Below, in pieces: positions 26,845 through 42,420 of a stretch of 64,000 nt of DNA. Made by a program: the position numbers and the translations under genes. The DNA lies in NCBI GenBank assembly GCA_964304625.1, contig OZ199839.1, positions 10,387,287 through 10,451,286 on the forward strand, written 5' to 3'. Every line of letters starts with the position of its first letter. The first letter of the stretch is position 1. The notes beneath the pieces are model-generated. The model saw only the letters and a program-made list of their open reading frames with translations. It did not search any database and was not told where the DNA came from. This DNA comes from Kudoa neothunni. Its lineage: Eukaryota > Animalia > Cnidaria.

Positions 26845-29480
26845 AGTCATAAGAGCTGGAAAGCACGCTGTCAAATGTATTACTCAGAAAATTTTAGCCA
26901 TACTGAGATAATTGATAATTCCACAAAGGCGATTTTTAAAGTCGTTTATCAGTTACTCTTTGGTTTCTAATAGCATTTACTCGTTATTGTTCATTCAAAT
27001 TGATAATAGTTGATGAGATAAGATAAAAAACTACTACTAGATTACTAGCGTTACCAGTCGTTGCATTAATTTAATTCAAATCACTTATCTCAAAATTTAC
27101 GACGGAATAAATTTTATTTCATCATAAATATGAAATTACAACGAAAATTTATACATAAAATCAATAAGATTTTGAAGTAAATGTTAAATGCTAATTAAAA
27201 TAAAGAAAATTAAATTTTCTCATATCAGCAATAGTAATTAAATGGGTTAATTTTTGACGTTTAATTATTTATGTTAAATTAAACAGAAAATGAGATGAAT
27301 TTAAGCGAAAACCCTGTTTAATCACTCCCCAACTATCATGATTGTGAGAATCGCATGCTCCGAAAAGTATGAAAAATCGGTTGCCTACTGTAACAAATTT
27401 AAGCCCAAATCTTTATTATCAATTCAATACTAAGCGAATACAATAAGAATTAGCTTCCATTGTTAAAATTGCATTTATTTTTTTTAAACTGGGAATCTTT
27501 TAAAGCAGCAGAATACGGAGAAAAAATTTCTACCGAAAAGCCACGAGATCATCTATAAGATTAAAATTATTTAATGGTTCAAAATACCACGGTGTCATAT
27601 TATTTCAAGTAAATATTAAAAATTCCATTGATTTTCGTAACATTTTAGCTTCGCCGGTGGACGGATTTAAAGTGAAAAATATGGTTGTGCAGGGGTACTA
27701 CGCTCCACACATATTTGGATTAAGACTCGTATGCGTAATAACTCTGCGCTATTTAATATGAACGTTTAGCGCACGCGTACATAGTGGAAATTTTGTGGGT
27801 GCGCGACCACTTTTTCTGCGTTTTTTTATTTATTCTCTCGTTGCACTAATAATAACGATAATAGAGAGATGTGAAAAATGTTTGTAATAATTTTGTTATT
27901 GTTCACAGAGGATTTTGGAAATAAATAAGGTAGTTCAAAACGAAGCTTATTTTATTTTGCAAAAGGAAAAATATAACTTTGTAATGTGTTTCAGCATTTC
28001 GTTGATGGGACCTTGAATAATTTCTTTATTCTCTTTAGATTTTCTATTTAATTTGTTCATTTTTAGACCAACTCTCGAACTAAACTCCTATAACTATCCT
28101 CGACCGACAGTTATAATTTATAAGTTATGGGAGTGTTATCTTACGTGCCGTCCTTGATACCATTGGCTAGTTTATTTTCCTGTTTTATTGTATTGTCTGA
28201 ACAATTTTATATTTTTCGTTCTCGGAGATTCGATCCATTAATCATTCTTATATCGAGTAGTTTGAATTTTTCTCTGAAAAGTTTGCGATAAAATCTTAGA
28301 TCACTTGAAATAAAGTCAGCAAATATTTTGGATTTTATTGATACAATTGTATTCAATATGGTGGCTGATTTATGGCCGGAGTGCCTAACGATTTTCGCTT
28401 TAGAGTCACTCTTAATTCCTAATATTTCAAATTATTTAACAATCTACACATTTTCTTCAAGTAAGCGATGATTGTTCCTGTTTTCCTACTGCGTACTAAC
28501 CATGCCAATGTAATCAAATAACAGATTTCCATGTGCGAATAAGCATGCATTCCTATTTTTCCCGACGAAAAAAGTATTTCTTAATTTATTAATCAATATA
28601 TTTTACTCTTATCTCATGATTTATATCTATAGTTAATTCGTATATTTTTGAATTTTCGACACTATTTCTTTAAGTGCGTAATAACCTAGTAACCTTGCGT
28701 TACTGTATACTTAAGAACTGTACTACATATTGTCTAAATAACTCAAGTATTCGTTTAAAGAATTATTTTCTTAAATTAAATCCGGATGAAATAAACATAT
28801 AAGCTTGTGATTAATTATCCACCGGCTGTGTTACAAATTTTTAAAATATTGTCTTCAACAAAAAAAATGGAATTGAATCTATCAAATAAGATCAATAATT
28901 TACAATTATATCAAACATCGATATGGTACATTTTTTTGAAATAAGTACGTTTTCTTTGTTATTTTTATGCGAAATAAAAATATTAATCTCGTCTCCAATA
29001 ATATTGAATATGTAAAAGGCCAATTCACCTTTAATACGTTAATCCATTTTATACATTATTCGTAAACATAAGAATTTCTTCTAATCGATATCAAGAAAAT
29101 ATTTTAATTGAAGCATCCAAAGTTTTTTATTATAGAAAACACCAATAGGTAACATTAATTAAACTTTAGATATTTGATAGAACGAATGTCATAATTTTAA
29201 TCAACTTTAAAGATTAACTATTTAATCAAATAACCTGCCCAATTAATTAACATATGCCACCTTATTGCTGTATTTTTTGACCCATTTCATCCCCATGATG
29301 TACATCTCATTTTTGTTAAAGTAAAATCAGTTAAAAATAAACACATTCAAATTTAAATGAAACAACTTTCAGCAATTTAAATTATACATACACCAAGTTG
29401 TTCTAAAATTAAGTTTATTAACCCCGATTTAAACACTCAGCACAACATCTGAGGTTTATCTCAACATTAATCCAATGTTG

Positions 29481-30409
29481 TTATATCGATGTCGACGTCG
29501 TTGTAGAGGTTTGGTGTGGATTGGGACCATTGGACAGATCGTCCTTCCGACCAACCCGTTTAGGACCTAGTGATTCGGGATATGTCGGTATTAGTTCGTG
29601 TATTGTCAACACTGCGTCACAGCTCTGCGTCTGCCGGCTACGTAACGTTGCTGTCTGGCCGTTTGAAACCCAAGAAGCTATCCCCAACTCCACCCCAGCA
29701 GGTAAATAATTGTTGACAATTTCTATTGAACCGTTCAGATTTTGGTTATCCTTTGGTAATCACGCAAATTAATGTTATTTGGTCCAATCTGCGCGCGCAG
29801 ACTAAATGAACCGTTATCTAACATCAGGTTAAGTTGGTCAACTTGATTCGGTGGATAAAGTTTAGTTAATTAAAAATTCAAAAAATTGTTTATCAGTCAT
29901 CCTACCGTAATGCGGATAGACTGATAATGAATTTAAATATTGTCGAGTGTAATAATTCGACTTTGCTTTATCACTTGTAGAATTCAGCGAGTTACCTTAA
30001 TATACAATACAATATATGTGGCCACGTGATCAATCTCACTAAAAGTAAGTCAAGCCACTTCTAAATAGGATCATGATCAAATTACAAACATCTGATTTTG
30101 ACTGTACTTGATGCGATCCCCTCCATAGTCACGAAAGTTTACTTTTGCGTGTAATCCAACGCAAATCTGCCATAGTTAATACGTTTTTTGTGAATTAACG
30201 CAGAAAGCATTTCTGCTTACATAAAACCTTTCGAGTGTCTGTTGTTTATAATTGGTTCGACTTTGTCGTGATAAAAACGAACTCTGACCTATGGAGAGTT
30301 TATTTATTGTAACTGTTACTATTGAGAAATATTGACAAAAGCCGAGTTTGAATAGTGAGCTTAGGGAATGATGCTTCCAGTTTAATGTGCGCTCAATAAT
30401 AAGTTGCAT
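29481..30409 (-). CDS. Uncharacterised multi-exon gene divergent from EPC (frameshifted in this assembly)
   Basis: Coding-like GC-richer segments separated by GT-AG introns: MQLIIERTLNWKHH...YFSI/VRVRFYHDKVEPII..., NSLNSTSDKAKSNYYTRQYLNSLSVYPHYGRMTDKQFFEFL, TKLYPPNQVDQLNLMLDNGSFSLRAQIGPNNINLRD and LPKDNQNL...GVELGIASW...STSI*. About two single-base shifts are needed and no family is recognised. Confidence 0.4.
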
Positions 30410-30437
30410 ATTTCACGGTGTCCAAATTGCAAACCCA

Positions 30438-30650
30438 CTAATATTACTATTAATATTACTATTAATATTACTATTAATATTACTACTAATATACTACTAA
30501 TATTACTATTAATATTACTACTAATATTACTACTAATATTACTATTAATATTACTACTAATATTACTACTAATATTACTACTAATATTATTACTAATATT
30601 ATTACTACTAATAATAATAATAATACCTAATAATAATACTAATAATAATG
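30438..30650. repeat. AT-rich minisatellite, about 12-nt unit TAATATTAC(TAC/TAT)
   Basis: Directly visible tandem repeats. They generate the low-complexity ORFs 30382-30666 and 30404-30787. Confidence 0.95.
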
Positions 30651-30702
30651 TAGGCAGTTTCCACACTGTTGATAATAGCCTCCGTCAAACTATTATCTAT
30701 AT

Positions 30703-33444
30703 ATGGGCGGGCGGGTTGAATTTTCGTTCTCGTCCGCTGGATAATGACCGTGCATTGCCTATCTATGAAGAGTATGAATTGGCCTGACCTATTCGATGCA
30801 TGCTTGGTCAATCGTCACGGTGACCAAGGTTCCAACTGGTATGGAAAAGGATGAGGAGTCTGTATGTGTTTTATTATAATTAATTATTTGTATTATTAAT
30901 GATTATTATTAATTATTTAATTATTAATCATTTTTATTATTAACGATTATTATTATTATTATAATTAATTATTAATCATTTTTATTATTAACGATTATTA
31001 TTATTATTATAATTAATTATTAATCATTTTTATTATTGATGACGATGATGATGATCCGGTTGAGTGTAGGAGTTGGATCTTCAAAAAGCTTTGATGGCTC
31101 AAAAAAACAATCAAAAATCTTCCAAAGCTCTGATTCCTGTGCCAGAGGTGTTTCTCATCGAAGTGGACTACCATCCTGATAAGGTTGAAATTCCCTCGTC
31201 TTACATCGGCGAAGAATGTATGATTATCTTTTTAGCGCCATTAGTGTCTCTCACATGCCAACTAATTGTTGAATTAAATTCATAATTAAACGCTAAATTA
31301 CTTAATTAATTGCTTAATTAGTTAATTGATATATGGAATTAATTATTTTCATTTAGTGGTTTCGGGTATCGATGAAGCGTCCAATTATGATATGGATGGT
31401 GTCGACTTAAAATTTATCAACCATTTTACTGCGTACGCTGATCACTACCATGACAACACATTGTTCACTTGCGATGAATTCGAATCCATGATGGAATTAA
31501 TGGAAACCACATACAAAGGTTCGAAGAGCATTGAACGTGTCATGGAACTTATCGACAAGAAACACGTTAACAAATATGTGTTTCAACACTGGGAGAAAAA
31601 AAGAAAATATTTAAAACCGAATCACATGTTGGTACCATCTGTAAGAACACACGACAAAAATTCTCAGAATGACCCATTTGTGGCTTTTCGTAAACGTATC
31701 GAAAAAATGCAAACTCGAAAAGTTAACGCAATTTTTGCGCGCGGTTTTTAATCCAATTCGTTTAGAATCGTAAATTGGATGAAGTTCGTTTCACTAATTC
31801 CTTTCGATTATCTCGTTCTCTTTTCTCGACAACGTAACACACCTACTTTATTAATATTACTACATGAAAATTGTGAATGTAATTTGATATTGACTTTAGT
31901 GATATTTTGGATATTGCACATGAGAGGGAAACCAACAAACAACTCATTGAAGATAACACTTTACAGTTATTCTATTTGAGGTGATAATTTTCGTATGTTG
32001 ACTTGGATTTTTATGATGAATTAGATACAATCATTTTGGTTCAACAAAAGAAGTTATACAAAATGCTGTTGGCAATAATTTAAACTTCGTGGATATTAAT
32101 TTCAATGGTTCGCTGCTTTCAAATCGCAAATCTCCTAATAATGCGTTCCTTTGTGTAAATTAATCTCATTTATTTTTTCAATTTTTTATCTTGTTATTCA
32201 ATAGAATAATCGTCGTGTTTCAAAAAATCGATTCTGGTTAATATTGCTTATTTGTGTTATTAGTTGGTTGATTAATATGTTGTTTGTGTAGGCGTCATGT
32301 GTGGAAATCGCCGCATCACTCTGCGCATCAAAATAAGGTATTGGATTTAATTTAATTTGGTTGACAGTCAACATATCATTGATCCAATGCATAGACTTTG
32401 AAATCTTATCGTAACGACTCTGCTGGTGATGATAACTCGATGGGGTGCGACAATGCCAATTTGCGGCGCGGTATCACTGTTGAACAGCCGAAGCCTTACG
32501 TCAAGAAAATCGTGGGGAAAACGACATCAATCTTCTCCAGCCGAATCCTCTGTGTATTTGTTACCGGTAACGATTGCAGCTGTCTGTGTGACGATTTTGT
32601 GAATGTTGTTGTCATTCAGTTGAGAGATCGACCCCAGTTCAAATGTCAATCTCGAGATGAGTTCGTTAGAAAACTATATTTTGCGCATTGCGTTAAAGAA
32701 TGCTTCGCACTCACTCGAAAGTATGTCCTCCACACATGTTTACACTTTGAATGAGTTTTTTGTATGTAGAAATATTGAGGGTTTATTAGTGCCGGTATCC
32801 ACCGAAGTTGATTCTTCGTTGGCCGATGAGCTTAAAATTAAGCACGAATACGCTGAAAATATGCCCGCCGATCATCTCAATCTCAATTGTGAAAAAACAG
32901 AGGTGTCTAACACCATTGTGCCCAACTGTTTTAAATTTGACGATGATCGACATCTCGGCGACACTACCAATACACCTCCACTTAATGAAATTAATCAGCC
33001 ACTTAATTGCAACAATAAAACAAGCTCGTACTCGGATGGCGATGTTAAAGATGATTTCAGAACCCCGTATCTGTCGAATTCCGATCTAATGACAATAAAC
33101 TCAATCTCCTCTGATGTAGGTATGCACACTAACATCTGATATGTTTAATTTAGATCGGGTTGTGCTATAAAATTTAATATTATTTAACATTAGCCAAAAC
33201 TCAAGAAAATGATGCGGTCGTTAGTGGAATGGTAACTCCCGAATGCCATGACTCCTTTTCTATTCATTGTATCGACAATGTGACTCACACAGTTGGCAAA
33301 ATATCCAATGGGTCCACTAGTGTGTACAGTGGTGATGATCACCTACTTTCTGCTTCTACTTCTGAGAACAATTCTTTTAAAAAGATTTATTCCGCTGTAA
33401 CTGATAACACCGTTACTTCCATCCATAAAACCGACAATACTTAA
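30703..33444 (+). CDS. EPC1: Enhancer of polycomb homolog (NuA4/TIP60 subunit); exon 1 has three +1 frameshifts
   Basis: EPcA motifs LNFRSRPLDNDRALPIYEEYEL-PDLF...VNR-VTKVPTGMEKDEES/ELDLQKALMAQ...IPVPEV..., NYDMDGVDLKFI, FESMMELME, VFQHWEKKR and NDPFVAFRKRIEKMQTRK/NRK. The C-terminal exons are low-complexity and less certain. Confidence 0.9.
30870..31050. repeat. AT-rich tandem duplication (about 48-nt unit) in EPC intron 1
   Basis: attaatcatttttattattaacgattattattattattataattaatt repeated about 2.5 times. Confidence 0.85.
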
Positions 33445-34841
33445 TCATTTCTTATTCTATATGTTAGACCCAAATAGTAGCTGTAAATAATTTGTAATGT
33501 TTAAAACCTTTTATATTTGCCCTTATTGGTATGTTTTATTTGCGTGACTATTTATTATGGGATATATTAATTTGTACCTTCATAATATGTGCTTTTGTCA
33601 AAATTAATTGTGTGATTTGTAGTTATTCAAAAGAGTAATTTAATCGTATTATGTTTCCACGATTTTAAGACTCATCAATAAAATGGATATTCCGAATTAT
33701 TATATAACTATAACAAAATAACTCTAGCGGTGAAATTTTATTGGGTATTTAATAATATTAAAAATGTTCAAAATACTTATTAGCACATTGATTTTGAGCT
33801 TTGATAGTAATTTTATCTTAGCTAGCAGCTATTGCCCAGCGTTGCTTGGGAGTAGTAAGCATTGAATAATTTTTTTAAGCTTTATATTTTAACGACTGTG
33901 AATATGAAATTTAAATTATGATCAATTCCGTGAAGGAGTATACCAATCTCAGCACCAAAACTAAATAATTTAACGTCGGTGTCGTATTTAATTTGCATCC
34001 CCGAATTATTTAAATTCCCTCAAAGTATTATTTCAAACATTATTTGGTGATCCTTGGATTTTTGAAAGTCGAATTCTGATCTGGCTCAGGAAGATTGTGT
34101 CCCACTGTTAACTGTTTACGGGAGACAAATAAATAGAAAAGATATGGAGATAGAGGAAAATTGATTTTTATTACTCAAATTATTATCTCTTGGCCCGGGA
34201 TAAACTTTGATGTGCTCTTTCTAAAAACCACATACAAATCGCGCCAATATCAACAATTTAAATAATTGGGTAAATAAAAATACACTGCTTGCACTGAATT
34301 TAATCAGAGAAAGTTAAACTTAGCGGACGATTTCAATAAAATCTACAGACACAATATTTCCATTATAATGCTTCAATCATTGTAATTTTAACGTTATTCA
34401 TAAAACATATAGAGATTTTTTAGCACATCCAAAACCATTAATAGACTTTTAAAATATATTTATAAAGTCATGTCATGTAAGTTAAAACTCCCGACAAAAG
34501 AAGTGCATATGCGCAAAATCCCAAATATACACGCCAATATTGCATAAAAGTCAGATGCTGTCGCTTTATTTAAATTTGATAAAGCATATAAGAAGGACAG
34601 TTAACTTAAAACACCGTCACCATGACGTAAGCTGGTATTAAGTCTATTTGTTTGTTGAGCTCAAGTAATCCGTTTAATAAACTTTGAATCGACAAAATCA
34701 CCATTTTCTAAACACTTCTAAGAACATTTGGTAATGTGAAAATGATTGGAAGATTTTTTGAAACATTGTGATTTTTAAAAAATTTCATAAATGCCTCTCT
34801 ATCTCTGTAAAGAAACTATTTTGACACTTCACCTTTGTATA

Positions 34842-36311
34842 AGGTCGAACTTGGATATTGCGTAATTTCACAAGTTCTTCGAAATATAAAGGATATTTTA
34901 AATTTTTTACTCAAACTTTGCTGTTATATTGTTTAGAGTAATGTTAACTGAGCAAGCAAAGATAAACAGTTTTTATTCAAATAGTATAAATTTAAGTTCG
35001 TGTGCTAAAACTAAAATCTCGCTACTGTGTAACATCTTGTTCAGTTTAATCCTCAAGTAATTTTCTTTTTTAATTCTGCAATACAAAAATGATAAGGAAT
35101 CAGCGAAAAATGGCTGAACAAATTCAAATAATCGAATACTATAGTTCAGTTAAATCACTCAAAGGAGAAAAATGAATGACTTTAAACTTCCCAAGCCATC
35201 TAATAATATAAAATTATCTAATCCCAATTTAATATATTTTCAAGGCATTCTACTATTAATAGAATTTTAGCGCCTCAAAATGATATTATTAATTCTATTA
35301 TTTCGGCTAAAAAAAGAATGAAAGAAAACAAGTACACGGAGTTAGTTCATTTATTCTATACATGAATAACTAAAATGTGAAATGAAAAAAAAGTTGTTCC
35401 GGCTTACATAATTGTTGGAAAGACAAAGAGTATCGCTAAATTCATAGGTATTGACAAATTTACCGGTATTAACGGTTGGTTCGTAGAATTTAAAAATAGA
35501 TTTGGAATGAATTTAAAGAAAATTTCATGATCAAATCAACAATGTGAATAATTAAACTATGATAGCTTTTTCGGTAAAATTACCAAAAATTTCATTATAA
35601 TACGAAGAGCGCAACCAACGTAATAAATATGGATAATTCATATTGAATTAAGTATATCATTTTGGTTTTACTAAAACTTTAAATAATGCATGGGGAAATG
35701 TATCATCGACTATAACTCAAAATTGATTTATAAAATCTAGACTAACTATTGAACATTGTACTTGGATACTACAATATACCAAATTAAAAATTAATTAATA
35801 GTTAATGAAAACTTATCTCAAGATTTTTCTGAAAATAATATTGAAAATTTCGTCACACCATTTAATTGTCTATCAAATTTAATTTTTAGATAAAAATATG
35901 ACGAAACCAACAATATTGAAGATGAGGGAAAATACAGGAGGAATCAATAGCTTTACCAGAGGCGTATTTAACTGATAGATTTCAAGAAAATGTCGATCCA
36001 ACTTTTGTAAAAGACGAAGCACTTGTGTCAACTGCGTAACTCAAACAATCAATTAATTTAATCAAACAACTTTTGTTAGAAAACTCAACAGCATTATTTT
36101 CAAACCACACAGTTCAGTTATGGAGTTCATATATGAAAATATCTGAAAGTCGTGCAAACAAATTAAAATTGTCGGTTACTGTAATCTCCGATAAATTTTT
36201 GTTTTTTTTGTGCATAACGCATTTGCGCTAATACCCTGTATTGCGTATAATCTCCATATTGTGTAATTTTTCCCCATTCCCGAAGAATTACGCAATATCC
36301 AGGTTCGACTT
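34842..36311 (+). mobile_element. pogo/Tigger DNA transposon, internally deleted and decayed
   Basis: TIRs gtcgaacttggatattgcgtaatt (34844) and aattacgcaatatccaggttcgac (ending 36309), 23/24 match, TA-flanked. Internal remnants KFTGINGWFVEFKNRFGMNLKKIS* (CENP-B-type HTH, about 35456-35530) and NAWGNVSSTITQN*FYK (about 35685-35735). The DDE core is missing. Confidence 0.88.
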
Positions 36312-38092
36312 TAATAATAAACTATCTTCTATATCATTATTTATGTATCTACTACAAACTTTTTACAAAACCATCTCAATAAATTAATACATGTTTTAGT
36401 TTATATATTTTTTAGATGACAATTTAGTTGCATTAAAAGGAGTTAGAATCATTTTATCATTAAACTTTTGTATTAACCAATAGATCTGCTTTTTAATTTC
36501 ATTACAATAAAAACGAGTAAAAAAGTTTATTATCAACTAATTTTTCAATATTTATTTTTAAAAAAGCTAAATAGAATAAATAAAATGGTGCAATAAAAAT
36601 GGCATTTAACTAAAACAGTGCGTAATGAACTTTATATAGGTGGCCTCATTTTTTGTAAAAAGTAAAAAATACATATATAAACTTATGTAGGGTTATTAAA
36701 TGGATCAGCGTATTTTGGGATTTGTTTTATGAGATTTTGCAATGTAAATATTTTCGATAATGAGCTACGTTGCTCTATTGACACTAGTTTGCTTATATAC
36801 AGTATACATAAATGCACGCTGTTTTAGCTAATCCCGCGAAATTTGAATACCACCCTCAGTGTTGAAATTTCGAATATTCAATGATCTCGACACTTGCATG
36901 TTTAAACCTCTATTTGGCCGAAATATTTTCATGGAATATTGACGACGTGAAACAAATTAGATAGTGGTGCTCTCTACTCGTGGAAGATGTCCAACATTAA
37001 GACCAAGGAATGAGGCGATTTTCCATTCATATTTACCAAAAATGGAGAAGAAATCTCCCAACTCAATTTATTATTTGTATAAAATGCAATAGATCGTTTT
37101 GATATAAATCTATGGTTGGCAATCGTCACCCCATCAACCAGAATATATTTCACCGCAAGTTCAAATTTGCATCAATATTCAAATCTATTCTCGTTAAGCT
37201 ATACTATATTTTTCGAGGATTTTAATAAAATAAATATAATTCAATCATTTTTTGAAATATGAACACATAATAATTAAATTCCTATCAAACAGTAAGATTG
37301 GTTATGTAGTAACAAGCACTAAAAGTTTCTATTCATAAGAAATCCCATCATTTTGTCGTTTAAATCTGTTGGCATTACGCATTACTACATTTTTTATTAC
37401 ATTCACGATTTTTAGAAATTATGATAACTTTACTTTAATGTTCGAATATCCACTAGATCGATTTGAATATAACATATAATTCGATTTACGAGAAACTATT
37501 ACGAATACGGGTTCATAATGTAAAAAGCATATAATATTTGTTATTGTTTTCTTAAGGATTGATTAACTACTAGTATAAAATTTTGCGGAGTCATAATTTC
37601 GATATATCTCAAAAATTAAACTTCCCCATACAAAACAAATGAATATGGTTTCATGCAAAAATTTAGATATGGTATTTAATTCGTGAAGAAACGAACACAC
37701 AAGTGTATTGCCTGAAGCAAATACTCACGACACTAGTCTGTTTCGTATAAACAACGCGCAGGTAACCGCGCAGTTATGCCTGATTTTATGAATGCTGAAA
37801 ATATCGACACTTCAACACAAGAAATTAACATTTAAATATATGAAAATATTCCTTAACATAGTTTATCTAAAAACTAGTTTTTAATTGGTATCATATTTTT
37901 GAACCAACGAGAATAAAGCATTCTTTTTGGATTCCGAACCGATATTAAAGTTTCATCTGTGACTATATCTTCTCCGATAATAATATTTTCTATTTAAAAT
38001 TATAAATTTCATTAGCTCAGAGAGATAAGTTAAATAATTGAGTGGAATTAACAAAAACTTGACTGGTGCGCATGCCTGATTCTTTCAAAAGG

Positions 38093-38440
38093 ATGTCGTG
38101 GCGGTCGTTTCGTCACCTTAGTGACTTTGTTTTAAAGCGCCCATCAAAACAATATGTTGCCAGTCCCAAACGTCTTTCCAAAACAATAGTTTTTTCAGAA
38201 AATGCAAGAACTCGCTTCGGATATAAATACACATACAGTGAAGCGTCGAAATCCGGCAACTATCCATTACCTGCTGACGATGTGGCCACTAGGGATATTG
38301 TAAAACCAATTGAAACCGAACAATATCGCGCCTTCAAGAAATACATGTACTACGAAGGAGCAATTCGTAAAACAAGAAATCCTTTACGTGTTCATCTAGG
38401 AAGGGGAAAATTTATCTATGAGAATTATTATGTTTTATAA
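38093..38440 (+). CDS. Uncharacterised basic ~115-aa protein with a mitochondrial-presequence-like N-terminus
   Basis: Single GC-richer open frame MSWRSFRHLSDFVLKRPSKQYVASPKRLSK...YENYYVL* in an AT-rich background. An in-frame ATG also exists at 38072. No family recognised. Confidence 0.6.
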   Translation: MSWRSFRHLSDFVLKRPSKQYVASPKRLSKTIVFSENARTRFGYKYTYSEASKSGNYPLPADDVATRDIVKPIETEQYRAFKKYMYYEGAIRKTRNPLRVHLGRGKFIYENYYVL

Positions 38441-39035
38441 TTGATTTTGTTGTTTTTTATGAATTCATAATGATTATTTTGCATAATGCGCAACAACGTA
38501 TTTATTCTATCTCGTTGATAGAGTTTAATGATTAAATCATTTTTGTTACCCATCTGCATTTTAAGATAGCAATACATATATGTGCTTTGATCCTTCTCAT
38601 ATTCAATTATTATTTTAAACATTAATGATATGGTGTATATTTCAAACAATCAACCATTGCATCTAAAAATAAGAGGAGTTTCCTATTCACTTAAAAAGGT
38701 AAAAAGTGGTTAAATAGGACCTTAAACGTTATGTTAACGGATTCGAGCTGAGAATGGTAAACAATTTGAATTTTTAGATGAAGCTGCTACCTCAATACAT
38801 TGATTTTACTATCGGTATTTAATTTGATCAATAGCCATCCTGTAGATGAATGTTAAAAAGAAAGACAGTGCTAACAAAATTTGATAGTATAAATGGAAAA
38901 TTGATTCATGAAGAAAAATTATTTAACTTTTCAAGTTTATAGTGTACTAGTGATGTATTGTTATTTCGTAAAATAATAAAAATTATGAATTACAATTTGA
39001 ACTTGGTACAATTATCCAAATTACTATGCTATACT

Positions 39036-40105
39036 TAAACTAACTATAACTAACTATAACTATAACTAACTAACTAACTAATTAACTAACTATAACTATA
39101 ACTAACTATAACTATAACTAACTAACTAACTAACTATAACTATAACTAACTATAACTATAACTAACTATAACTATAACTAACTATAACTATAACTAACTA
39201 TAAACTATAACTAACTATAACTATAACTAACTAACTATAACTAACTAACTATAACTATAACTATAACTAACTAACTAACTATACCTATAACTAACTAACT
39301 AACTATAACTATAACTAATTATAACTAACTATAACTATAACTAACTAACTATAACTAACTAACTAATTATAACTAACTAACTATAACTATAACTAACTAA
39401 CTATAACTAACTAACTATAACTAACTAACTATAACTAACTAACTATAACTAACTAACTATAACTAACTATAACTATAACTAACTAACTAACTATAACTAT
39501 AACTAACTATAACTATAACTAACTAACTATAACTAACTATAACTAACTAACTATAACTAACTATAACTATAACTAACTAACTATAACTATAACTAACTAA
39601 CTATAACTATAACTAACTAACTATAACTATAACTAACTAACTATAACTAACTAACTAACTATAACTAACTAACTATAACTAACTAACTATAACTAACTAT
39701 AACTATAACTAACTAACTATAACTATAACTAACTAACTATAACTATAACTAACTATAACTATAACTAACTAACTATAACTAACTAACTATAACTAACTAA
39801 CTATAACTAACTAACTATAACTATAACTAACTAACTATAACTATAACTAACTAACTATAACTATAACTAACTAACTATAACTATAACTAACTATAACTAT
39901 AACTAACTAACTATAACTAACTAACTATAACTAACTAACTATAACTATAACTAACTAACTATAACTATAACTAACTAACTATAACTATAACTAACTAACT
40001 ATAACTATAACTAACTAACTATAACTATAACTATAACTAACTATAACTATAACTAACTATAACTAACTATAACTATAACTAACTAACTAACTAACTATAC
40101 CTATA
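39036..40105. repeat. 1.07-kb simple satellite built from two words, CTAA and CTATAA
   Basis: Irregular mosaic of aact and aactat units with virtually no G on the + strand. It ends in the palindromic aactatacctatagtt. Confidence 0.98.
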
Positions 40106-40427
40106 GTTATAAGTAGTGCATGCAATTTTCGAAGCTTATTTTTAGAAAAATCGACGACTTAAATCAAAAATTAAACGCCTTAGACATATTGAATATTTAT
40201 AAAAATTACCTAATTATAATTAAAGTATACCGATAAAATTGTATTCAGATTTTCTCGAAAACACTCACGGATTTATTAGAGCAGGCAGTTCCGTGAACCC
40301 CAGAGATTAAGAACCATCGATTTGGAGAGAAAAATTATAGTTTCAATGAATCAATAAATAAACATATAGAAGCAATTATATTTAACAAGTGTATGCTTGT
40401 GTGAAATCTGATGTTGATAAAAAATGT

Positions 40428-42321
<1,894 letters not shown>

Positions 42322-42420
42322 ATTTGTAATCGACTATACACGAAAATAAACGAATTTGTATTATATAAGGGGGTTGGCGCAATCGTGCTGACACGTGCTT
42401 TTGTAATTGTGTGAGTGGGT

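Noticed and set aside
27640-28690. Possible snRNA (Sm-site-like AATTTTGTGG plus hairpin) or Mutator-like remnant
   Set aside because: No U1/U2/U4/U5 5' signature, and the transposase motifs are not in a consistent order.
30382-30811. Poly-Leu/Ile and SSNI-repeat ORFs resembling membrane proteins
   Set aside because: They are translations of the AT minisatellite. Only the last ~25 codons of the + ORF belong to EPC exon 1.
39036-40105. CRISPR array, or I-CeuI-site (TAACTATAAC) array
   Set aside because: No unique spacers, eukaryotic context, and the rest of the recognition site is absent. The resemblance is incidental.
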